In this document: in pieces, positions 28,050 to 37,898 of the stretch
Layout of the letters: each line of letters opens with the position of its first letter
Numbering within the stretch: the stretch's first letter is position 1
Source of the DNA: Minisyncoccota bacterium
Lineage (GTDB): Bacteria > Patescibacteriota > Minisyncoccia > Phycocordibacterales > CAJBRS01
Length of the DNA stretch: 64,000 nt
Direction of reading: 5' to 3'
Assembly: GCA_035652395.1 (NCBI GenBank)
Contig: DASRDX010000012.1
Span: 96,778 to 160,777 of the forward strand
Translations under genes and position numbers: made by a program
The notes under the pieces: model-generated
Seen by the model: only the letters and a program-made list of their open reading frames with translations
Databases searched by the model: none
What the model was told of the DNA's origin: nothing

Positions 28050-30008
28050 TTAATGAGTTGGTGTCCCGGGGCTTGGCTTATTTCTTCCCTCATCTGTATT
28101 TTTGGCAATATCCTCAAGTTTTCTTTCCATCTTACTTTCAATTTTACCTTCTTTTTCCAAGATTTCTCTAATCTTTTTAAAACCACTTTCTTCTTCTTTT
28201 TTCTTGGATTCATCTAAATAAAGTTTTCCCTCTCGCACATTCTTCCTCAATTCTTTAGCGGCCGCACGACGGGAACCGACCTTAAAACTACTAGCTTCCA
28301 GTTCCTCCGTTTGTTTTCTTTGTTCCTCAAGTCTGACATTTTTACTAAATTCATTTTGGGCCGCCTCTAAATCTTTTTGCGCGCCCTCTCTAGCGCGTGA
28401 AGCGTCAGCCAAATTCTTTCGTGCCTCTTTTGTTGCCGTATCGCCAACCGCTGTCGTTAACTGTTGTTTAGCAGCCTGATAGTCCTGTTCAGCCTTTTCT
28501 CGAGCCTTTCGAACATCTTCTGTTTTGAGGGGCATTTCTCTTTCTAGTCTGTTACCAGCTCTTTTATCGGCCTGAAGCGCTTCAAATTTAGTACGTCTTG
28601 TATTGATTTCTTCCACCCGCTTATCTATATCTTTAACGGACTCTTTTGCTCCAAACCTAGTCGCAACAAGTCTTCCGGTAGTTGCTCTTTTTACTGCGTC
28701 TCCAACACGAGTATTCCCAAATCTTTCAAATCTCCCTCCCTTCTCGAAAGATTTGTTAAGTGCATTAATACCAAAACCCCGCACAGCACTCCTACCAGCG
28801 ATCCCTTGTGCGCGTTTTCTTATCCCGTGAAAAGTTTGAAGAGCTAATTTTCCTCCTCGCGTTCCCCCGTTTTTGGCTAAAATTAAGGAAGCAATAAGAA
28901 AACCTATGACAACGGCATAACTAAACAGTACTCCAATAGCCGCCCTGCTACCCGAAGCGAGAGCCACAAAAGGGTTTCCTGAAATATTTTGATTATTTAG
29001 AAATGAGGTGGAATTTAAAATTCGGAGACTAACCCAAATCAACATAAAAAAAATGGGCGCAACCAAAGCTTCAGAAAATAATTTATCCCACCACTGAGAA
29101 GCGTATTTATTTGTTTGGGGTAAGATCATGGCGATAAAAGCCACCGGCGAAAAAATCATCAGGATAACTAACATTAGAAATCTGACAATGAAAATGATTG
29201 CTCCTGCCAAAAATACAAAAGCAGCTATTAAATAAACTACAATGCCTAACACAATAGCCATTAACTTAACGTTCGCGTTTGCCGTCTGGTTAACTGGATC
29301 TTCTACATAATTTCCATTTTGGTCAGTTTGATAATTATAAAGATCTTTTAGGTGTAGCGGACCAACAAAGGCATCCATTAAACCAGTTGCCGTTACTCCA
29401 TTTGTATTTGCAGAATTATTTAAAGGCAAAGCAGAATAAAAGCTGTACGAAAAGTAATTTGAGGCATCTATAATCACTTTGGTAAAGAAAAGGCTAAAAT
29501 TAATTAACAAGGCAATAATAATAAGATTAATCAATAACTTTTTGGTATTAAAACCGTTAATTTGAAGAATAGTCGAGATGGCGATAAACAGAATAATAAA
29601 GATAAAAAAGATATTGGCTAAATCTCGAAAAGCTTTCCACGCTTCAGGCAAAGCTCCAATACGATCAATATTGTCTCTCATATGAATTACCGTCTGGTCG
29701 ATAATGAAATTGAAAGCCACAGCCACTAACCAAAAAATAAAAGCAGCTATCTTTAGAATAAGATATAAGAATGTTATGAAATATCCATAGATAACACTTA
29801 AAGAATAAGTAGCTACCGCTTTTCCTCCAGAACTCAAGCAATCACTGGCCGAACCCGTTACAATTGACCACAATCCGTCATTCCCTGCCTTTAAACAATT
29901 GATAAGACCGCTGCTCTGGGCATGAGTTACATGGGCAGAAGCAAAAAAGACAATGGCTACAATTATGAAGAAAATTTTTAAAATCTTTTTATTTACTCGC
30001 TTCATCAC
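28050..30008 (-). CDS. VirB6/TrbL-like polytopic membrane protein with coiled-coil tail
   Basis: W..FRDLANIFFIF, ALLINFSLF.TK.IID, R.L.L..L..FSP.AF, WW..L; multiple TM helices. Confidence 0.7.
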   Translation of the reverse strand: MMKRVNKKILKIFFIIVAIVFFASAHVTHAQSSGLINCLKAGNDGLWSIVTGSASDCLSSGGKAVATYSLSVIYGYFITFLYLILKIAAFIFWLVAVAFNFIIDQTVIHMRDNIDRIGALPEAWKAFRDLANIFFIFIILFIAISTILQINGFNTKKLLINLIIIALLINFSLFFTKVIIDASNYFSYSFYSALPLNNSANTNGVTATGLMDAFVGPLHLKDLYNYQTDQNGNYVEDPVNQTANANVKLMAIVLGIVVYLIAAFVFLAGAIIFIVRFLMLVILMIFSPVAFIAMILPQTNKYASQWWDKLFSEALVAPIFFMLIWVSLRILNSTSFLNNQNISGNPFVALASGSRAAIGVLFSYAVVIGFLIASLILAKNGGTRGGKLALQTFHGIRKRAQGIAGRSAVRGFGINALNKSFEKGGRFERFGNTRVGDAVKRATTGRLVATRFGAKESVKDIDKRVEEINTRRTKFEALQADKRAGNRLEREMPLKTEDVRKAREKAEQDYQAAKQQLTTAVGDTATKEARKNLADASRAREGAQKDLEAAQNEFSKNVRLEEQRKQTEELEASSFKVGSRRAAAKELRKNVREGKLYLDESKKKEEESGFKKIREILEKEGKIESKMERKLEDIAKNTDEGRNKPSPGTPTH

Positions 30009-31903
30009 TGTTGAATTACTTTAAATAATTGTCCCAACGCCGTTTGAATCAAATTGTTTACTAATTGAGTGACCATTTGATCATATCCTCCAGCGTTATT
30101 GGCCAATCTTTGAGTAGCCAACTGGTTATTTGCATTAAATTGAGCTAAAGATTGAGCACCCGTAACTTGGGTTAGACAATTGGTAGGTTGCCCGAAAGCA
30201 TCTACTGTTCTTACGCCACTACAACTGTCTATGTTTAATTGTCCTTGGTTGGCTAAATATTTTAAAGTCTCAGACCTATCACTTTGATTGAGAGCAGTCT
30301 GTAGTTGATCTGTCAATTTTAATTCCGCACCAAAAATATTGTAATCATCGTTTTGGCTAACGGCAAAGATTCCATCAAGACCTTGTTGATTAACCGCCTG
30401 AGCATTATATGGCGCTAACCCGCCTCCACCCGACGAATAATTTTTAACTAAATTTTGAATCACTTGACCTTGAAAGGGGGCACCACTATTTTGAGATTGT
30501 AAATAAGTGAAATAATTTTTTGCAGTCTCATTTTGGACTCCTAATAAAAATTGTGAAAGATTCTGAACGAAAGCAGGGTTGCCATTGAAGGCGGTATACA
30601 TCCAATTAAGGGTGGACTGCTGAATGTATTTGATCATAGCGTTTTCCAAACAATATGAGACAGCGTCCCAGCTCGGTTGATTTGGGAAACCAACTTGAGC
30701 CGCTCTAATATAACGTGCATCGTTAGCATTTTGAGTAACGCTGCCATTGATTTGAGGCAAGGTGCTGGTGATGTATGGCGCTGTTGCGTCATTGATATCA
30801 ATTGAGCCTCCTCCACCAGCGCCTCCTCCTCCTAGGCGTTTTGGAGTGGCCAGAAGAGCACGGTCTCCCGAGATTACTCCCCTGATCGCCGGTGTCAGAA
30901 TCTGACCGATAGTACAACCAAGAGCGTTAGTAGTGGCTTGAGAAATTCCTTGAAGTGCGCTGGCTTGCGGTCCAACGGTACTTGCTCCGCCCCCAGTATA
31001 AGAAGCGACTTGCGAGCGAGTTGGACGCGTACTAGTGCCGGTAGTGGTTGCTCCATTATTCAAATCGCCGGGCGCGCTGGCAAAATCGGAAAAGTCCTGA
31101 CTGAAATGCCAATAAAGATCGATGTATGAGCCGGCCGGCACATTCAATAATCCATTACTATTAAGATATGGCGGCGTGTTAGTAGTTAAGAAATTAATAC
31201 TGACAGATTTTCCGGCAATTGGAATGTCGTCATGACACGTCACATTATTAATACAAAGAGTGAAACCGGAATACCATCCGTCGGGTACGGTTACGGAAAC
31301 AGTGTGCAAACCCGGAGGTAAAGTGTCGAAAGAATAACTGGTAGTTGTGGCCGTATATCGTCCGTCCAAGGTAACAACTTGAGAATCGGCCACGCCACCA
31401 ATCGGTACTTTAAATCCCATAATGCAATCTGCCGTGCCTCGACACAGATAGAGAGGACCTTGATATGTGCTGGTTGAATTGCAACTGTTGCCACTACAAT
31501 CGTTTGTAACATTAAAAGCATAAGCATTGCTGGTGCCGTTGGCGTTAGTAATGGAAATTGGATAAGCACCGCTCGGTAGTGGCGTAGTGCCGTCACTTAA
31601 AGTGGTTGGAACATTAAAAAATAGCGAGGTGCCATCCGGTGAACTAATGCCGCTTAAGTGTTGATTGCCAAAGTTAACTGTGTTGTTAGATGAAGTAAAA
31701 CCGGTGCCGTATAAATTAACGACTGTGCCAGAAGGTCCGGAAGTCGGAGTTCCATTGCTTAGAGTAACCGCCGAAGCTTGGGCATTTGCATTGTAAGATC
31801 TGACGAAAAGCTGCGCGATTTTAGGGACGACTAAAACGGCCACTAAGACTACGGCTATGATCGCCACTCCCCAAATAATTTTTCTGTATTCAATTTTATT
31901 CAC
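30005..31903 (-). CDS. membrane-anchored IPT/TIG-domain protein
   Basis: N-terminal TM; SGPSGTVVNLYGTGF IPT motif; WMYTAFNGNPAFVQN domain. Confidence 0.65.
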   Translation of the reverse strand: MNKIEYRKIIWGVAIIAVVLVAVLVVPKIAQLFVRSYNANAQASAVTLSNGTPTSGPSGTVVNLYGTGFTSSNNTVNFGNQHLSGISSPDGTSLFFNVPTTLSDGTTPLPSGAYPISITNANGTSNAYAFNVTNDCSGNSCNSTSTYQGPLYLCRGTADCIMGFKVPIGGVADSQVVTLDGRYTATTTSYSFDTLPPGLHTVSVTVPDGWYSGFTLCINNVTCHDDIPIAGKSVSINFLTTNTPPYLNSNGLLNVPAGSYIDLYWHFSQDFSDFASAPGDLNNGATTTGTSTRPTRSQVASYTGGGASTVGPQASALQGISQATTNALGCTIGQILTPAIRGVISGDRALLATPKRLGGGGAGGGGSIDINDATAPYITSTLPQINGSVTQNANDARYIRAAQVGFPNQPSWDAVSYCLENAMIKYIQQSTLNWMYTAFNGNPAFVQNLSQFLLGVQNETAKNYFTYLQSQNSGAPFQGQVIQNLVKNYSSGGGGLAPYNAQAVNQQGLDGIFAVSQNDDYNIFGAELKLTDQLQTALNQSDRSETLKYLANQGQLNIDSCSGVRTVDAFGQPTNCLTQVTGAQSLAQFNANNQLATQRLANNAGGYDQMVTQLVNNLIQTALGQLFKVIQQ

Positions 31904-31971
31904 CTCGTAAAATAAGCCTTTATTTTAGCGATATTTTCTGGACTTCTATTGAACTTCCCCTCTTTTAAAAA

Positions 31972-32952
31972 TTAGATGTTATTCCACATCAATCCAGGCT
32001 CATCTTTATTGAAGATTATAGCATTTTCCCGCAGATATTGGGCAATTTTAAGGTAGAAAGTGGGTAAAATATTGCGGTTGTTCTGATAAAGTTTAGCGTC
32101 CAGCACTCCTTTTACGGGGTCGGTCTGATAATTATTCAAATCTGAAAGAGCTACATACATTTGATTGTAACCGTTGACGATCGAAAGATGGATTTCTCCT
32201 ATTTCATTCGGTACGGCAATTTTAGAAAGATCATTTGCCAACTTTTTATAATAACTGGCGGATTGATCGTAGGTTGGATTGGAAATGAGTAAATAATCGT
32301 CCGAATCTTTCTGGTAAACTGAAGCAAGGGCGTTAGCGTAAGTTTTAATTTGATCTTTAGATGGAGAGTTTATGATATTCAAACTATCCAAAGTATATTT
32401 TTGAGCGGCTGGCGTAGAAGAGGGAACGCCGGAGAGAATATTTTGAATTAAAGTGCTTTTGTCCGGTTCTGAAACTTTACCGTTTTGATCTTGAGCTGTT
32501 AGATAAGAAGTAAAGAAATTTTTGGAGAGACTTTGAGTGAGATTGTTACTGGCAGAATTGTCGGTAGAAACGGCGATCTGTACGGCAGTGGTGATACGCG
32601 AATCTCCCGCTGAAAGGTAATCAGTGTAAGGCGGCGAGGCTCCGTTCGAACTTAGTTTGCTTGGGTCTCTTCCTTCATTTACTTCTACCCCGTCCAATGT
32701 GCCGTCACCGTCCGTGTCTGGATTTTTTGGATTGGTGTGCCAGATATTTATTTCCGCGTAATCACTCAAGCTGTCGCTGTCGGAATCTTTCTGGTTTTGA
32801 AGATTGTTTGCGGCTGAATATGAGAGATTTTTCTCGCCCAAAACCGAACTGGCGATATGATTTTTAGAAATAAAGACAACTAAAATTACCACTAGAGCAA
32901 GAATGCCGAGATAAAGGATTTTTTTACTTGGTTTTTTACTGTTTGGAGTCAA
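31972..32952 (-). CDS. membrane-anchored protein with thrombospondin type-3-like Ca-binding repeats
   Basis: DSDSDSLSDYAE...TNPKNPDTDGDGTLDGVE; start reassigned to TTG 32952 because the track start lies inside a palindrome. Confidence 0.65.
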   Translation of the reverse strand: MTPNSKKPSKKILYLGILALVVILVVFISKNHIASSVLGEKNLSYSAANNLQNQKDSDSDSLSDYAEINIWHTNPKNPDTDGDGTLDGVEVNEGRDPSKLSSNGASPPYTDYLSAGDSRITTAVQIAVSTDNSASNNLTQSLSKNFFTSYLTAQDQNGKVSEPDKSTLIQNILSGVPSSTPAAQKYTLDSLNIINSPSKDQIKTYANALASVYQKDSDDYLLISNPTYDQSASYYKKLANDLSKIAVPNEIGEIHLSIVNGYNQMYVALSDLNNYQTDPVKGVLDAKLYQNNRNILPTFYLKIAQYLRENAIIFNKDEPGLMWNNI

Positions 32953-32980
32953 GAAAGTAAGCCTTTTAGCTATTATAGCA

Positions 32981-33030
32981 TGGGGAAGCAAGCGGCCGGC
33001 CGTATCTTCGGCCGGCCGCTTGCTTCCCCA
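32981..33030. repeat. perfect 22-bp-arm palindrome in a divergent promoter region
   Basis: TGGGGAAGCAAGCGGCCGGCCG-TATCTT-CGGCCGGCCGCTTGCTTCCCCA. Confidence 0.9.
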
Positions 33031-33060
33031 ATCATTGTGCGCCATAATTAAGTCGTCTTT

Positions 33061-34044
33061 ATGAAAAAATTTTTCATACCCCTTTCTTTTACTCTGTTAT
33101 TTCTCCTCTTATCATTATTCTTTATCTCGGAAACAAAAGCCCAGAATACTACTTATATCCCGCAAGGTAGTTTTCACTACGGTGCCACTGGATCCGAAGT
33201 AGAACGGCTTCAAGACGCTTTAGTTGTCTTAGGCTATCTCCAACTCTCCTCCAGCGATTATGATAATGGCGGCTATGGTAGTTTTGGACCGAAAACTCGA
33301 GCAGCGCTAGCTCAATATCAAGCGGATAACGGAATTTTTGGCGGAAACAATGGATATTATTACGGCCCCCAGACACGTCAAAACCTCCAAGACGATCTAA
33401 GTGTTTCAGCAAGCTCTAATCCCAATTCAGGATTGGCCGTTCAGCCTACTGTTCCTGGAGCGAATGGTGGCATATCTTCTAACGGCTCTACTCAAACTTC
33501 GCCACCGCCAGTTGTTAACGGAAACCCTACTCAGTCGAACAATTCAACCGCCAATCCTCCCGCTTCTCAGACAACTACTTCTTGTTTTAAACCGACCACT
33601 TCTGTTCCCTCTTACACATTACAAGCTCGAGTTACTTATTTCTACCCAGGTGACGGATCTTTCGGGGGTTGGGGAACGGCTACTAATTTAGATCTTCATA
33701 ATTTTGTTCTCAGTCAGAATTCACCTTACTTTCCATACCCTTGTCGTATCTTTGGAGCAGCCGCCGTGGATCCGCATCTTATTCCTTATGGAAGTTTAAT
33801 TAAAGTCTCTACTCCTTCGGTTGGAGATTTCTATTACATTGCTGCCGACACCGGTCCAGATGTGGTGTCTCGCAAAGCTTCCATAAAGTCCAGATCGTAC
33901 GGAGCAGATGGCAAACCGCTTCCAATTGTGGACTTATTTAGTCAAACTCCGAATTACAATGCATTCAACAGTGTTGTAACCATTACTCCGAAATTTTTCA
34001 CGATCAGTGGGGGTAGCTACAATGTTTCTGGTGGTTCAATTTAA
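33061..34044 (+). CDS. secreted PG-binding + 3D (MltA-like) domain protein
   Basis: G..GSEVERLQDAL..LGY...FGPKTRAAL..YQ; AAVDP..IPYGS, ADTG, VDLF. Confidence 0.8.
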   Translation: MKKFFIPLSFTLLFLLLSLFFISETKAQNTTYIPQGSFHYGATGSEVERLQDALVVLGYLQLSSSDYDNGGYGSFGPKTRAALAQYQADNGIFGGNNGYYYGPQTRQNLQDDLSVSASSNPNSGLAVQPTVPGANGGISSNGSTQTSPPPVVNGNPTQSNNSTANPPASQTTTSCFKPTTSVPSYTLQARVTYFYPGDGSFGGWGTATNLDLHNFVLSQNSPYFPYPCRIFGAAAVDPHLIPYGSLIKVSTPSVGDFYYIAADTGPDVVSRKASIKSRSYGADGKPLPIVDLFSQTPNYNAFNSVVTITPKFFTISGGSYNVSGGSI

Positions 34045-34047
34045 ACT

Positions 34048-35241
34048 ATGTTACTCAAAACTAAAATTTTTTTACTGTCCCTCTTGATTTTCAGTCCAAT
34101 TTTCTTTATTCATGCCGAAAACTATCTTTCCATTTCCGCTTCCTCCACCTTCTCCCGCGATCTGGGCCTAGGCAATCGTGGCCAGGATGTTGAAAATCTA
34201 CAATGCATTTTAGAAGTCAGTACACCCACAGGCTATTTCGGTCCGATTACCCAAGGAGCTCTGGTGCAGTTTCAAAATGCTCACGCCGCTGACATCCTAA
34301 CTCCGGCGGGGTTAACTCAAGGTACCGGTTATTTTGGGGCCAGGACTCGAGCCTTCATTAACACACAATTAGCTCAAAAAGGAGCAACCTCAACTACTCC
34401 AACTTGTCCGACGTATGTACCGCCTGGTTCCACCCCAACTCCTACTCCAAATCCTTTACCAAACCCACAACCAACACCGAATCCAAGTCCTAATCCCAGC
34501 CCAACCCCGACCTCATGTCCAACTGGCTACAGTTGCACCCCAACTCAGCCCGCTAATTGTCCTATCGGTTATAGTTGCTTACCTACACAACCAACCTTCA
34601 ATTCTTATGGACTAAACGGTTACGGGAATATCAGTGATCCTTACAACAATCCTTACTCCGCTTACAGTCCTTCTATAAACGCGAATGCTTACACAAACCC
34701 GAATATTAGTCCGTTAGTTGGTCATGCTTCTCCCAATAATCAATATGCTGCATATGCCGAGGACGTTAATCCAGCCGAGCTTCAGGCTTATCTGAATCAC
34801 GGTTGGTATTACGGTAAAGACAATGGCGGAAATGATTGCCGAATTGATCCCGTAATCGAATTCTTGATTGAAAAAGTGCCGAAGCTTTTCCCATGGGCAC
34901 AGGTCAATAGCAGTTGTAGAACGCAAGCATATAACAACCAGGTCGGAGGCTCTCCATCCTCTGCGCACATTACCGGTGAGGCAGTAGATTTTGGCAGTCA
35001 AAGTGGTATGAGCGGCCTCCTAAACAGTACCGATCCAAAATGTCCGGCCAGCATCAAAGCCAATTGTTTGGGTCAGGGGCAGCAACTAGTTATCTGGGCT
35101 CAGCGAAACGGCGCTATCTTAGGATTACATCAAATCATTTTCGACGGAGTCTTATACAATTCTCCCGACGGAATAAACTGGACAAATAAACCATATACTG
35201 AATACGGGGGTCACTATGACCATGTTCACCTTGGCCGCTAA
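34048..35241 (+). CDS. secreted PG-binding + peptidase M15-type Zn peptidase
   Basis: PG-binding motif (L.LG.RG.DV..LQ...YFG..T), PT/PN linker, SSCR...N..VGG...SAH..GEAVD, HYDHVH. Confidence 0.8.
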   Translation: MLLKTKIFLLSLLIFSPIFFIHAENYLSISASSTFSRDLGLGNRGQDVENLQCILEVSTPTGYFGPITQGALVQFQNAHAADILTPAGLTQGTGYFGARTRAFINTQLAQKGATSTTPTCPTYVPPGSTPTPTPNPLPNPQPTPNPSPNPSPTPTSCPTGYSCTPTQPANCPIGYSCLPTQPTFNSYGLNGYGNISDPYNNPYSAYSPSINANAYTNPNISPLVGHASPNNQYAAYAEDVNPAELQAYLNHGWYYGKDNGGNDCRIDPVIEFLIEKVPKLFPWAQVNSSCRTQAYNNQVGGSPSSAHITGEAVDFGSQSGMSGLLNSTDPKCPASIKANCLGQGQQLVIWAQRNGAILGLHQIIFDGVLYNSPDGINWTNKPYTEYGGHYDHVHLGR

Positions 35242-35362
35242 TACTGAGGGAACAGCTCATTCGATATACATCCTGGACTGTGACAAAAAGCAGCGACCAA
35301 AATCAAAGGCCGCTGTTTTCTTTCTCTTGTTGCCTTTTTCTATTGGGGTATAATTACTTCAA

Positions 35363-37114
35363 ATGAAAAACAAATCTATTTTTTTCAGTCTTTTAATAGC
35401 CGCTCTCTTAATCCTGTTCGCTAAAAATTTTTCCTCCCATATTTTGGCCCAAAGTTACTCAAGTCTATTTAATAATCCTCAGACCACTACAACCACCACT
35501 ACCACTACTCAAACCACCGGCACCTCCTTTACACCGGTCTATGCTAATAGCCGCTGGTCCGAAGATACAATGCGAAGCTATTTCGGCCAGTACAACATTA
35601 GCGTAGGGAACGGTGCCACGGTATATGGTTTGGGAAACTTTGCTGTTACCGGCATCATTTCTTTGAAAAAAACCACTGACTATTACAATGCTGTAGTTCG
35701 CGGATCGAATACGCCAGCCAATATTGTAGTTGTACGAGCTACCGAAACTTACGGAATAGACAAACCTGTTCTTGATGTTCAAACCGACGCCGTCTTGGAT
35801 AATTTCATTACTACTTTGGCCACCAATCGCGGCAATACTTCAAGTGGCAATCTCTATCAGCTCGGGGACGATTACTTCTTTCAGCAAAGCGGCTACTGGC
35901 ACATCATCTTCGGCCCCTCAAATGGCGCATTTGTTAAAAACACCATTGCCTTCTTTGGTATCGTCCGCGACAATTTCAATGTTCAGCATCCGACTTTGAC
36001 TAACACCAATGTCCCCTCTTCCGTTAATTTTTATCGAACCCTTTCACTTGGATCGAGCGGATCGGACGTCCGAGATCTTCAAAAACTTCTTAATACTGAT
36101 CCTTATACTCAAGTCGCCCCAAGTGGTGCCGGCTCTCCCGGAAACGAATCAACTTACTTCGGTGCTCGCACTCAAGCGGCGGTCAAAGCTTATCAATACA
36201 AAAACAATGAAATCCTGGATGCGGCCGGCATCACTACTCCTTCCGGCATCGTTGCTTCGTTCAGCCGCGCTCATCTCACTGCATATTGGAATTATCTAAA
36301 TACAAATTTGCGCGGCACCGGTCATTCTCCGGTTTTGCAATACCCAACTCCAACTAAACCACTTCAGGATATTCCGTTAAACGGCACTTATCCGGCCACG
36401 ACTGTTTCTGCTACTTCCACCATAACTATTACTCCGACAACCACCCCAATTGCTGTTATTACTACTCCTAATGCGCCAACTTATAGCGGCTCATACGGAG
36501 ACCTGCCAGTGCAAGGCAACCCTAACGACTCACTGAATAACTTGCCGGTCTTTCAACAGCCACCAGTGGTTAATGGTAGCAATGTTACAGATCCAAATAA
36601 CTCCGCCAATCAATCGAGCGCCCAACAGCCGTCATTACTTCAAAGCTTACTACCAACCATTCTGCAGACAGCTACTAGATTTTTGACGGGTAGTACGGGA
36701 GGATTAGGGGGACCTTCTGCTCTACCTGAATTTGGAGGCCATACTCTCTATAATTCAGTTTATGACAATAGTCCTTATAAACCGTGTGGAGTTAGCGCAG
36801 CAGTTTCTATTGTAGTAAACGATAATTCGGCCAAACCCACCGGAATTAAACCCATTGTCTTGGCACAGTCTCCCTCAACACTATTAATTAATGGATCTCC
36901 TCCTATAGGAGCTTGTGTTTTGGGTAGTTATACTCCAAGTGGCGCTGCAGCTATTGCTGGCTGTCAAACCAAAGTCAAAATAAATAACCAGGATGTTGTG
37001 GTTCCCGGAACAGGGCAGGCCCTCAATATTGACCCACAATTCCAGCCTTATAAAGTACTTCCGGTTACGGGTGCTATCGGTATGATGAATCAAAATTCAG
37101 GAGCTTGTCACTAA
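35363..37114 (+). CDS. secreted PG-binding domain protein with Cys-containing C-terminal domain
   Basis: Signal peptide; LSLGSSGSDVRDLQKLLN...YFGARTQAAVKAYQ; Thr/Pro linker. Confidence 0.75.
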   Translation: MKNKSIFFSLLIAALLILFAKNFSSHILAQSYSSLFNNPQTTTTTTTTTQTTGTSFTPVYANSRWSEDTMRSYFGQYNISVGNGATVYGLGNFAVTGIISLKKTTDYYNAVVRGSNTPANIVVVRATETYGIDKPVLDVQTDAVLDNFITTLATNRGNTSSGNLYQLGDDYFFQQSGYWHIIFGPSNGAFVKNTIAFFGIVRDNFNVQHPTLTNTNVPSSVNFYRTLSLGSSGSDVRDLQKLLNTDPYTQVAPSGAGSPGNESTYFGARTQAAVKAYQYKNNEILDAAGITTPSGIVASFSRAHLTAYWNYLNTNLRGTGHSPVLQYPTPTKPLQDIPLNGTYPATTVSATSTITITPTTTPIAVITTPNAPTYSGSYGDLPVQGNPNDSLNNLPVFQQPPVVNGSNVTDPNNSANQSSAQQPSLLQSLLPTILQTATRFLTGSTGGLGGPSALPEFGGHTLYNSVYDNSPYKPCGVSAAVSIVVNDNSAKPTGIKPIVLAQSPSTLLINGSPPIGACVLGSYTPSGAAAIAGCQTKVKINNQDVVVPGTGQALNIDPQFQPYKVLPVTGAIGMMNQNSGACH

Positions 37115-37894
37115 ACTCCTCCAATTTTCTAAACTCAAATCCTCTGCCCGAGATTTTTCCGAAAGGCCGCAACTTCGGAATTTCTCCGGCCAGGAAATGG
37201 CGCCGATAGGCGCCATTTCTTTTAGATTACTGACGAGAAATTTGCGCTTGTGGGCAAAACCGGCCCGCACCAGATCGAAAAATTTTTCCTCATCAATTTG
37301 ATTATCGTGAAAAATTTTTCTGGAAATATCTTTAATTAAAAGAATGGCCGAATCTACTTTCGGTGCCGGCGAAAAATACTTCGCCGGCACCGTTTTAATA
37401 TATTTCGGCTCTCCATAAGCTTTAACACTAATCGAAAGCAGGCTTTCTTTGCCGTCTTTCGCTACGATTCTTTTCGCCACTTCCTTTTGGAGCATCAAAA
37501 CCATCAATTCCGGTTGTAACTTAGCCGTGAGGAACTTTCGCAAAAAAGTACCAGTAATGTAATAAGGAATGTTGGCGATAAGCTTATAGCTTATAGGGAT
37601 TAGCTTATAGAAGTTTTCAAAATCAAAATTTAAGATATCCTGATGGATTAACTGAAATTTTCCACTCTTTATCTCATTTGAGAATTTTTCTTGAAGTTGT
37701 TCAATTAATCGATCATCTTTTTCTACGGCAATCACTTTAGCTCCGGTGGTCAGCAAGGCTTCCGTCAACACTCCTTTTCCGGGGCCAACCTCAAGCACTA
37801 AATCTTCTGGCTTGAGGTTGGCCACCTTTATAATTTCAATTACCGCCGCTTTTGACTTTAAGAAATTTTGACCGAGTGATTTTTTTGCCCGCAT
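37097..37894 (-). CDS. rsmA: 16S rRNA dimethyltransferase RsmA/KsgA
   Basis: KKSLGQNFL, EVGPGKG, ANIPYYIT, P.PKVDS. Confidence 0.97.
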   Translation of the reverse strand: MRAKKSLGQNFLKSKAAVIEIIKVANLKPEDLVLEVGPGKGVLTEALLTTGAKVIAVEKDDRLIEQLQEKFSNEIKSGKFQLIHQDILNFDFENFYKLIPISYKLIANIPYYITGTFLRKFLTAKLQPELMVLMLQKEVAKRIVAKDGKESLLSISVKAYGEPKYIKTVPAKYFSPAPKVDSAILLIKDISRKIFHDNQIDEEKFFDLVRAGFAHKRKFLVSNLKEMAPIGAISWPEKFRSCGLSEKSRAEDLSLENWRSLVTSS

Positions 37895-37898
37895 AGAA

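Noticed and set aside
32953-33045. Track start of the TSP3 protein (MAHNDW...)
   Set aside because: Runs through the palindrome and -10 element; TTG at 32952 is more plausible
34425-34600. CCAAC-like repeats in the M15 gene
   Set aside because: Explained by the Pro/Thr linker and the duplicated CPxGYSCxPTQP peptide
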